Positions 36,507-48,200 of a stretch of DNA of 64,000 bases are shown in pieces. The translations under genes were made by a program, and so were the position numbers. This DNA comes from Lytechinus pictus. Taxonomy: Eukaryota. Within the stretch, counting starts at the first letter, position 1. Each line of letters starts with the position of its first letter. The stretch spans positions 4,092,001 to 4,156,000 of the forward strand of contig NC_087249.1 in NCBI RefSeq assembly GCF_037042905.1. Direction: 5' to 3'. The notes beneath the pieces were generated by a model that did no database searches, had not been told where the DNA came from, and saw nothing but the letters and a program-made list of their open reading frames with translations.

Positions 36507-39095
36507 TTATGCGTTTGAAAGCATTTGGGCGCCATTTTGACGTTTCCTGTAGACAAAGTATCCGACACCTGCTGCTGCTACAACGGCTCCTACGGCAAAG
36601 ATGATGCCAAAGGCCATACCACTCTTCTGCTGTGCGGTCATAGAGCCGAGATTTGAGACTCCGTTGTTGCCGGCACCGCCGCTGTTGTCTTCTGACGAGT
36701 CATCGCTGCTGCCGTCATCGTCAATGCTGTCGTCATCACTGCCAGTGTCGCTGCTGGTGTCAGAACCACCGTAGCTGGTTCCTCCCATTGCATCTGCGCT
36801 GCCAGATGTTCCGTAGTCTGATGTACCCATGGCTCCTCCTCCATAAGCGTCGTTAGCTCCTATCTCACCACCACCACCATTACCTAAGTTGAATTGTGTT
36901 CCATCAGTACCTGGAATTCCTCCTGTACCTGTACCTGGTACGGCTGCTGCTACAGCTGCAAAAACAACATCAAATAACATGGTTAGAGATAGGCACAAAA
37001 CAATATTATGACCAAGGGTGAAACTCTGTCCCTAATACATTCTTACGGGGTGGTCATGAGGACTGACCTTTACTGGCACCATCCGAAAGACATTACCAAA
37101 TCTTGAACCTCGAACCTCTGAATTAGTATGTATAAATATTACAATCAGCCATTATCTATCAACCTATACGGTCTCAAAATAGTACAGTAAACATTGTACT
37201 TATACTATTAAATATTACCCTGATGATATTCTAGATCCTGTAGATATAATCTTTTTCATGATATTATTATGATATAAGACATGTTGATACGTTTTCAAAC
37301 CATACATGCTGACGCAATATCATGAAGGTTACGTGATATATGCGGGTAACCCCTTCAATGCCAACAACGCATGTGACGCTATAATGTTGGTCTTAATATG
37401 TACTGTCAGAACATGAGTCAGTTGATTCGCCTGCGTCATAAGTCGAGGTCAAGAGTGTTATATTTGAACCTTTCACAAGACCCCTCTTCCTGTTTTCAAA
37501 CCACTTACATCTTCAAGGGAGGTTCTCCGAAATTATGTCGTCACTTATTGAAAAGAAAAGAAGTTCCGCTCTTTTTACTCCATTGTACACATCAATCATA
37601 TAGGATAATAGTAATGACTGAATGATTACAAAGTTAAATTTCGGTGTTAGATATGAGGGCAAACCTTGCGAGATGATCAGTTTCAGGCACATAATGTAAG
37701 ATCGATGACATATCTCATTCATTCCACATAATTGTATATTGTAGATAGATTGATAATTACGCTGAATTACAATTGATTGTATCTTGGGCTTTGATAATAA
37801 AAAGGGTCATCAAAATAAATGATTGTAATTACAGTGCAACTAATGGAATAGAACTGCATAATCATTGAATTTTGATCTAATAATCACTAATGAACTTGTA
37901 GTTTTTTTTATTTACAGTATTTCATCGGAAGTCTGAAGTATGTTAAAAAATAAAACATTTTCTAACTCGTCAAGATGATGAAGGATTATTGGACAATGTT
38001 GTACCCATGTTTATTTTCTAAATAAATAAATCTTGGGGAGGAGAAACTAGTGGTTTCCCCAGCATCAAGTTGAACGCGTATGTATATATCCCTCATTCTT
38101 TTTATGCTATATATCTTTTAATGAGTGAAAAAAAAAATTGAAAAGTAAAAAAAAAATCCAACATCGAACTTATCAGGAAATTGCTCATAGAAGTCTGGTA
38201 AACATTGGATAAACAGAGGATCATCAAATGAGACGGAAACTATGTTTTACTGATTTAATGATTGCTGCCGTTTTGAGGAAATCTAAAAATGTCTCCTCCC
38301 CTTACACGACAAAAACAATTCCTATATAATGATAAGATTAGGATTATTAGGATCTGCCATTCAATATCATGTTTTCAGAAATTTTCATCTCTTAAATAAA
38401 GGATATACAGTTGTTATTTAAATCGCTATTCCATGAAGTAATTTAATATCTAATCTTGGATTTGGGTTAAACCATCAAATTAGTGATAAAATTTGCCACC
38501 TTGCCCCGTAATGTGTTTAAGGGAAGAACTATAGTTAATGCCCAGATACCATTAATAAAATGGTTCTCTTAAATCTCACCATGTAAAATGTGACGATTGT
38601 CAATGACACATCAACTAATGACTGAATTATTTTTAGATTTTCCTGGCTCAGACTCATATTCGGCAACCACGTGCTATGTCTTAGTCACATGTAGTTCTGT
38701 CAGCGCGGTTTAGCGGATTGTGAACAAGAACTTATTTTAAGATTTGTAAGACGCAGAAGCCCTGTACATTGAAATAAATTAGTGTTGAACTTTCTTTTGC
38801 TGTTATCAATAACATAATACAATACAACGAACAGATAAAAGAAACAATATCAAATATGGTAAACGTCTATGTCAAAGGTAAAGAAAATACGATTAGAAAT
38901 GTAAAAAAAATGTGCATTAGAAGTAACTTATTATTTTAAATAGACAAAAAAAAAACATCACAAAATGCATATGCAGATAACGATAACAAATGTCATCACA
39001 ATTAAATAAGGATGATTAACATATGCACAATCGATGAAGTCCGAAATTGCCAACCACTTACCAACAAAAGCAAATAAAGCGATGATGGTCTTCAT
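36507..39095 (-). CDS. P16: P16 skeletogenic biomineralization transmembrane protein (gene 5); complement(join(36507..36955,39062..39095)), 160 aa
   Basis: Exon 1 ttaccATG encodes MKTIIALFAFV+G then GTAAGT. Acceptor gttgtttttgcAG precedes 36955. Product MKTIIALFAFVAVAAAVPGTGTGG... has a Gly-rich then Ser/Asp-rich region (DTSSDTGSDDDSIDDDGSSDDSSED), TM SGMAFGIIFAVGAVVAAAGVGYFVY and tail RKRQNGAQMLSNA. Recognised from memory as the sea urchin P16/UTMP16 type; no search was run. Confidence 0.92.
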
Positions 39096-39701
39096 GGTAA
39101 TAGTGTGTGTAGTACTAAACTTGAGAAGTTGTGAGAATTAAGGATGGCTTGGGGGTAAACAAGCTCAATAAAATATGATGTTCCTCGGGCTAAAGTAAAG
39201 AGCACAAATGATCACAAGAGAAGGATTCCTTTAGTAAAAGTAGATGAGTATCCAAAAATGGTGGCAAGTTATTATCCCGAAGACAAAGCGGCGATTGGTG
39301 ACAATTAGCCGCGAGACTCGTCCTATATGTAGAGACAGGGTGACGTTGCGTGCAGTAACAGAGGGGCGGACTTCAGAATTAAGGGGGGCAACATGCCAGC
39401 CTGGTGCCTTCTACGTTTGTACTCCTCATTCATTAAGGACTACCCCCTCTTACTAGACCAATAATGGGGGTCGGTAATCAGCCTAAGGAAGGAAATCCAA
39501 TTCTCGTCACTCCTGTTTCGGCAGGGGTGCTATATTTAGCCAGTAGGGGAGTGCCAATCGTGGGTCGGAAGGTCGCACTTGAGCCCCCATTTTCTCTCGG
39601 GTTGTATGTTGGAATCATGCTAGCAAAACGGTGAAGGGGCGTGTGCTTGTTTTCGGTTGCATTCTGACGCACATTGGGGATTATGCAGGGGCTAGTTAGA
39701 G

Positions 39702-39705
<4 letters not shown>

Positions 39706-39746
<41 letters not shown>
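39706..39746. repeat. (GA)n microsatellite upstream of P16
   Basis: Direct inspection. Confidence 0.9.
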
Positions 39747-39751
<5 letters not shown>

Positions 39752-40659
39752 TTAAAGAAAAGTTTGAGTTTGGGGAAGGGGATATGGGGAATATGACGAA
39801 TCCCCCATTTTTCTGTCCGTGTATGTATGTATGACCGCAAAGACCTATTCATTTTTACCCATTTATTTGAATGTAATATGGTTAATTATCACGTGTTCCC
39901 CACAATACGATAAAGGGGATAATACGGGATTTAAAGTCCTGAAGCTTCGTATTTCTATTTCGAAATGCATTCTTTAAATCATAGTGAGAAAATTCTCCGA
40001 AAAAATGCTTTAAAGATTTAGTCCTGACCAAACATAAACCTTTTGTATACAACATGTCCATTGTTGAAATGGTGAATTGAAAGGTAGATGCAATTATAAT
40101 ATTTTACATTGTCAGGCTTTGTACAATAATTATCTGACGTTTTGGCCTTTGCCAAATATATTAAGCTTCGGGTGTACCATTAATAAGTGGTCAGTAAAAT
40201 TTTGTTTAGAAAATGAGGGAAATTACACTTTAAAAGTGCAAAAGGTATAAAGGAAACATACAGGTGACATTGACGACTAATCACTTTTGACATGTACTTT
40301 TCGGGGTTAGTGAATACCTTTTGGCTTTAGTGATATGAGATCGTGATCATGGATTATTAATTGAGTTCATCAGATACGAATGATTTTACCTATCATTTTG
40401 TCATGTTCTTAATAATGACTAAATACTATAAAGACGAAAATAAGATGATGAAAGAATTTATAATACATTTAAAAAATAAATACATACCCTTCTTTCGCTA
40501 AATAAGAATCATATCAAAATTTTGAAAATCGTTGTATCATTTTGGATAGATGAAGTTACTGGCAATATTATATCTAAGTCATGGTTTGAAGTTGCTGCGT
40601 CATTATCAATATTGCTTTTTACTGTAGTGTAAAAAGAATATGTTTCAAGCTAAATATAG

Positions 40660-40980
40660 TAGGTGTCGTGGTGACGTAGGGGTTTAGTCATAAGACTCTT
40701 ACACCAAAAGTCGAGGGTTCGAATCACTATCCGTGCCAATGTCCTTTGACAAGGTTCTTAACCACTTTTGTCACTCTTCACCCAGGTGTAAAATGGGTAC
40801 TCGGTAGGATGTGAACGTCAATGCGATTAGATTGACAAAAGAGAGAGAATAAAGGGATCACATGGGGAGTGAAGATGATGCACTTTATGCGTAGAGCAGT
40901 GTTGGTTACATGCAAAGTGCTAAGAAACAAAGTATAAAGCGCTATATGAGTAACTATTCTTCTTCTTCTTATCATTATTA
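40660..40980 (+). mobile_element. tRNA-derived SINE
   Basis: B-box GGTTCGAATC, body CACCCAGGTGTAAAATGGGTAC, tail ATAAAGCGCTATATG plus simple repeat. Confidence 0.7.
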
Positions 40981-43900
40981 TTTAAATATTTATCTTGGCA
41001 AACATCTCGAGAAATCTTCAAACAAATTAAATGAACTTTCAATTTGTACAGATTATATTTTTTAAATGTTATATCAAACATTACATTCACAATAAATACA
41101 ATAGTGATACCTTTAATGAATATAAAGAGAAAACCTACATTAATTTGAAAACTTAAATCAAGTTTAGATATGAAGATAAAACTTACGTAGACAATCTCTT
41201 ATGCAAATCGTCTTATCTTTACGTTTCCAGTCTATAATTCCAGGTACCTCTATTATTTCTCTTATTTTTCTCGCCATTAACACATGATTTCAATCAATAT
41301 TGATGTTTGTTTTTGTTATGTATTACTTATTGATATTTGGCAAATTGGCATGTTTGAAATGCTAATTCTTTTACTATTTTAGATGAATCAATGCTTGACT
41401 GTACAAATCACGTGCATTAAACAAATTTTGTTTTACCTACTTTCACCTGCTGTGTAGATCGAAGCAATAGTGACGGATTTATCATAGCATGGAATAGTCT
41501 TTTTCTAATTAACATTAAGTAGTTAGGAAATAACAATTATGACGTGCGATAGGTATGATCCGCTTCCTCAACAGACACTATGTCCTGTCTACAAGTGAGG
41601 AAGACTCTTGCCCCTGACCGCTAGACCCATTGTATCTAACAGACCAAACATTCATTTTTCTGTCTGCTCTTGTGTTTATTGTATCACTACATTATCATTT
41701 ATTTGTTATAGATCCACCTAAATTTCTATCAGTGGATTTCAAAGGGTCTTCAATCCTCAAAGTGTCAGATTGATATAATTACTCAGGTGATTTCTACGTA
41801 ATTAATAAATTTATTATTATTCAAATAGTCAGACCTTTTGAAGAAGTGTTATGGATATGCAGAAAATCCGTAAGCTTTATTGGATGATGCTATGTTACAA
41901 ATAAAAAAAAATGCATTGTTAAAACAAAAACTATAGGGATTTCCGTTCAATTTGCAAAGTGCAGTTCGTTAGTGTTGAATTCATAATAATTACTAATTAA
42001 TTATTTTGTCAAAAGTCTTCTTTTACCTAAATTGCAATGTTTCGTTCAAATAAACAGTGACATTTTCTGCCTAAATTCACGTGGTTAGACGTGAATTGAA
42101 TTGATTACACTTCATCCGTAAATATCATAATTGAAAGTCAAGCGAAAATCCAACCGTATTTTAAACATAGATTCGTATACATGTATAGTTATTTTTACAG
42201 TGAAGATCGAAGATGTTGATTAATTGCAGTGCATGACAATTTTATCTTATCGATTTTCATAGTTTGCATTTCATATAATCACAATTAAAGAGACTTCACA
42301 TCGTTTTTTTTATTATCAGTAACATAAATAAAGATTAAAATGAAGAATAACTTTGGTAGGAAAAGTTGACCGCGGATGGAGCAAATGATGGAAATTCGAA
42401 TGAAGACATTTTTTATTTGTTATCAAAAAAAATAAAAGAAAGAGGGTTAACTGATCTTTTCTTCTATGTCAGATTGGCAAGATCAGAGTTAAATTTAGCA
42501 AAAGGATTGACCGAGTGACTCAGAGAAGACGTATTTACAATTTAAAATTTTGGGAACTGTTATTTAAGAAACCTTATAGCATAGATATAATACAAATTAT
42601 GCGTCATGCATGTCTCAACATATTAGTGGCTTGTTATAATTCCAAGCTAAAATAAGCTTAACACATCATAATCTGAGGGGAATTCGGTAATGTCATCTGT
42701 GATTCGCTTGTTGAACTAACTACATATTTCTTGTATGCATCGTTGGCCAAAAAAATGAAATTGATACTTCAAAGTAAGGAATATGCCCGGTATTAAACAC
42801 TTAGTGATACTCTACTAATTTAGAATTGCGCCATGAAGTGACACATTGGGAATTAAGAGATAAAGCATCGGATCAAATAAAAATCAAATTTGTAACTCAT
42901 ATGAAATATCAATATTATCTGATTTCAGAAAAAACTAACGATAATCTTCCCGTATTAGCAAGGTAGATTAAAAAGATAATGCGTTTGATTATTATAAAAT
43001 CTCGTCACGTACAATGGTTTTGTTTTTTAAATACTTGTTTGCAAAGGGAAGTGATGCAAAATGTACTAATTGGACCAAGTTCTCAGGAAATTATAAAAAA
43101 ACAAAGACATATTAAGTAATACAATCTGACATACTCATTAATCACCATTTCCAACCTGTCATGATATAAAGATGCTAAGGGTTTAAAGCAACATAGAATT
43201 ATGTAATAAAATACACTGCTCGAAGGGGAGAAAATTGAAACAATATGAATGAGAAGCTTGAAAAAAAACCAGAACATGAATAAGAAAGCTACGGCTTCCT
43301 TGAAAGTAAGATAACTAGAATTAGAAAACAGAACGTGACAAAGAGTAGGGACTTCTTATGAATCATCAAATATCACACAGACAGTCAATGGCGTAATGAG
43401 CTACACATATTGTAGGGGGTCAAACATGGAACAAACTTTTGGAAAATATCGGCAAACGAGCGAAGCGACCGAACAAAATGTGTGACCTTTTTAATGCAAA
43501 AAAGATATTTATTCGTTGGAAACGTCAAACAGAGAAAATCTTCGTAATCTTATTGATGTATGGTGACAGGATTACATCCTACATGGCATTGGTCTTGTTG
43601 TATTTTGGGTGCGAAAAACACATCAATGAATTCTCGTAGAGCGCTAAGTATGAGTCGCTGGTCGTCGACAGTAGTGAGAGTTTAATTTAACATAACTTTT
43701 GATATATTGCTACTTAAAATTAACAAAATAATATAACATAATACCATTCTCTAGGAAAAATCAATAATGTCAAGAACTATACAAAATGACATAATAAATG
43801 ACATTATGTTACAATAGGTTCAAATGTACATTAATTCGTATGTATCTACCATAGGTGACATGTCAGTAGAGTATTTATATCATTTTCTTTTTTGAAATAG

Positions 43901-45262
43901 CTTATATCATAAACATTGTCACCTGCTTTTTACCGATTCTCTGTGCTGAACATGTTTATTATGTACACGAGGTATGACGCTGTAGAAATGCATTAACTGA
44001 TCGAACTTTGTTCTCAGAAAAAAAGCTTCTTGTTTTGGTTCGAAATGATATCTTACACCACGATTACTGTCTTTGATGCACGAATGTGAGCTTCTTGGTT
44101 GACCAAAAGATATAATTTGCTCAGTTGAGTACGATGCTAGAATAAATCTTGTAGAAAACATTAATGTACTGTATACTTTGAAACTATCAGATAACAGTTT
44201 ACATTTCTCTAAAGATCGTGTAAAGGCGGGAATCAATCAATTATCTTTGTTAATTGGAAGTAGAACTTGGCCAGTGTTCAGTAATCACTGTCATATATGA
44301 GGACTGGTGACTTCATAACTGTACATGCATATAGACCCAATAAATCAAACATTATACGTGTTATACTTATGAGAAGCATATTACATAATGCTTGTTTGCT
44401 ATATGCATTGTTGCAATTTCTTTTAAAAGCGTCAGGATATTTGTCATAAATTACGAGTGCTGCAAGAGCTTACATAATTATGATACACGGTTCATCAAGA
44501 ATGTATAGAATAAAGTAGTACTTAACCATTGTAATTAACATGATAAGATTTACAAGAAAACAAGAAACGTATTTATTCATAAACATGAATTCATTCATTC
44601 ATGCTGTCACCGTTCGTTTCTTCTAGATTATGATCCAACTCTTAGTTTCCTTATGATTGAAAAGGGGGTTAGTTCAATGCTAAACCCTTAGAAATCCATC
44701 AAACATTTATGTAGTGCATGGGGGAGGGGAACAAAATAGTAAATCACGAGACATAATCCACAGACCACGCCCATAGCAGCCGCCATGCCAACATACAGTT
44801 GAATGAAAATAACACATCTAATTCACAAGCTTGTATTATACATTAACAACAACAACATCAACAAGGCACCTAGACCATACTTTTTATGGATTTAAAGTAG
44901 TGTACATTTTTATTTTATAAATAAAAAATGCTAGACCCCTCCTGAACATGACCGAACAATCACCTTTATCATGTTTATCCAATATTTTAAATGTCAGATA
45001 CATTGTCAAATAGAATATTAATTATTTTATAGGCAAAGTGATGAGTGCTCGGAATTAATTATAACGCGTTCATACATACTTTGATAATCAATCAATTCAA
45101 TCAATCATTTATACAAATCACATCAATAAAAGTGACAAGACCAGGCTTTCATAGCCGCGGTGATGATTAAATTTGATGGTTGTGTAAAGTTAATTTTCTT
45201 GTGAACAACGTTGCTTGAGATGAAACGTGCTAAAAGAATATTTTCATCTCGGCAACACTAGT

Positions 45263-48200
45263 TCATGGAGCATAAATTAAACAGGTGACTATAAATGTTC
45301 CAGGTAGAATTCCCCAATTTGCCCTCCAAAAAGTCCCAATGCTCTTAAATCTCGAATTTGCTGAGCTCGTCAGGTTGCTAGCCAGCAGGGCAAACTCCGA
45401 TTGCATTTCGGATTCTACTTCGGATTCGGATACAGATGTGGATGATTCGGATTCAGATTCAGATTCCACCTCCGATTCAGCATCCGACTCTTCGCTACTA
45501 TCTCGCCTTCGTCTGCTCAATGATAAAGCTTTGATAATGTGATTCAAATACTCATCATCTCCTTCGGTTTGTGTAAGATCCGTTAACCGTAATCTGGTTT
45601 TCGAGTTAGACCATAATGACACATTTGAGCCCCTATAGTACTTGGTTGACGCAATATTCTTTTCAAAATGGCGGGTTCCTCCTTCAGAGATGGATGCACT
45701 GCCTGAAAACATAAATGATCAAACGATAAAAAAAAATATTTTGATATATACTGTAATGATTTTGATGAATAATATCTGTAATACATTATTAGCTATATTA
45801 ACTTGGTAGTCATTTTAATCATATTCAATATATTGAGTATATGGCACAGCGACTCTTCCTCGCCGTTTATTTATCGTCTCAGAATTTTTGTGACGTAATT
45901 ATCGGTAATGACTTGTCGTCGCTTTGTTGTACAGTCTACGGAAATTCAATAATAAAAATAATATAGCTTTTACGAGGCGCCAGCTGCCTAAAGGGACTTT
46001 CACAATAGCTCTTGCGATCGTTTGTGATAATTTGGTCACAATTATGTTGAACAGAATGGCAACGGTTGTAAGCAGTTGCACCACCAATTGTGAAAGGTGC
46101 ATTTACGTGCTAGGTGCATTGGTACACTGCATCAGTTAAAATAGTCACTTTCAACAGATATGTATCACTCAGTAATACTTCATGTTCGATAGACTTAAAC
46201 TTTCAAGTCTTCGGTAATGTACATCAGCTGTTTTTTATTTCAACAACAAATTTTAATCTAATGATTTTTTTCATTTAGATTTGAATTTCTGTTGAAATAA
46301 ATGAACATAAATTTGTCAATTTGTGTTGAATAAATTTGGTATTGTTTCGTTAAACATCATGAAAAAAATGAAGATTGAATGGCCAATACAGCGAATCTGT
46401 AATTACTGTCAAACCTGATTTAATATGGAAACCAAGGGTACCGACAAGTGAAATATCGCATTTTAACACGAGCTATAAGAATAGGTTTTAAAAATAATAA
46501 TATATAGCGTTTATGAGGCGCCAATTTATCTAGTTGCCTGTTCAATGGCGCACTATAAATTACCCTGGCTGAAGCTCCAGCTGCTAAAGGCGCTTGGTGC
46601 ATTCAAGGAATTAATCCTGCCGGGTACCCATTCACCTCACCTGGGTCGAGTGCAGCACAGTGTGGTTAAAATTCTTGCTGAAGGAAAACACGCCATGGGT
46701 AGCATTCGAACCCACGACCCTCTGTTTGAAAGGCGAGAGTCAGAACCACTAGACCACGACGCGCCCACATAACATTTATATAATGTACATACATTCAACC
46801 GTATGGTAATAAGAAATTGTACCAATTCACAATACAACGTTCAAGAACTGACAGAACCAGGTGCCGCAGAAAACAAGCAACAAAAATACAAACCGAGGGC
46901 GTATCAAAGTTTAAATAGCAATTGAATTAGGTGTATGCTATTTCTGTAAGAACGCAATCATGACTAACTATACTGTGATATATTCAGATAGAGGGGTAAG
47001 CTAAGAGATGGCAAGAACCCCTTACGAGGATGGATGACGTGAAGTTGATAATACATCTCTAAATTTCCAAACTTCGACAATAATCGACAAAAATATTGTC
47101 AAAAAACCGTTAAGAAGATATGCACTGCTCCCAACTTCGACCTATGCCACTCTCAGATAGTTTTGACCGACCTATGTGTGAGTAAGCATTACGGACCTTA
47201 ATTGTGTTCATTGAGATATAACCTTTATTAACTGAACTTAAAATTTTGTTCCACCAAAATAACTGTTTATCCAACCGAACTTATATGTTTTTCTAACTGA
47301 GACTGTATGAAATAGCATTTTTTTTTCTTCAAAATTCTATAACATTGGTTTCTAGCTGTCATTTGCTCCAAAAATGGTAGGTCGCCAATCATGCCGATTA
47401 AAGAAACAATTTTAAACAACTCATTTAAGGCTGAATTACAGAAGGGACAATTGCAATATTCCTTGATGAATGCTATAAGCATAGAAATACAAAGTGCATT
47501 GTTTCATCATAATATCATCTACCTGTTCTCTTTATACAGTACATGTCATGAAATTAAAAGCAGGGGAGAGAGAAGGGAAGATGAAAAAGTCAGGGACAAT
47601 TTGAAAGTTTAACGGTTACACAAAACATAAGAAATTAGTAACATTATTATGAACCTTCATCGCTTGATGAGTAATAGATATTCGTTATGAACATGTCAGA
47701 ACGTTAACGTAACGAGACAGTCAAGAGTTAGTGAAAAATCGTCATTCATATCTTCATCAACGTTAAATTCATCTCGGCATTACTTTTTAAAATTTATTTA
47801 CTATCATTCTGTCAATCTTTCTTTCTCATTTCGATTGGAAACAAAAGAAAGTTACCAAAAATGATGTGTTTATATGAAGTGCTTACCGTTATTTAATACG
47901 ATCACGTTACACACGTGACACTATATCGAATACACATGATTTACACATATAGATTGAAGCAGTGTGATCTTCATTTGTCATTAATGGCTTGAACTCATTC
48001 AGCACGTGTTATTTCGTTGTGATCGGAAAAAGTGGACTTCTAACTCCTAAAGCAAAAGCAGGCAAACAATTTAAAGTAATTATCAGATGTTTACTGTGAC
48101 GTCATTTTGTTTGACCCATTTCAGAAAGACATATTATGATAAAGATTTAAAAAGGGTGAAGCAATTCTGTAATCGTTTTTATATTTCTTTTTAAACCTAT

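Noticed and set aside
45285-45542. Plus-strand ORF with DSPP-like SDSDSD tract
   Set aside because: Reverse complement of the GAATCC (Glu-Ser) repeat of gene 6; GTG start, no signal peptide or supporting exon.
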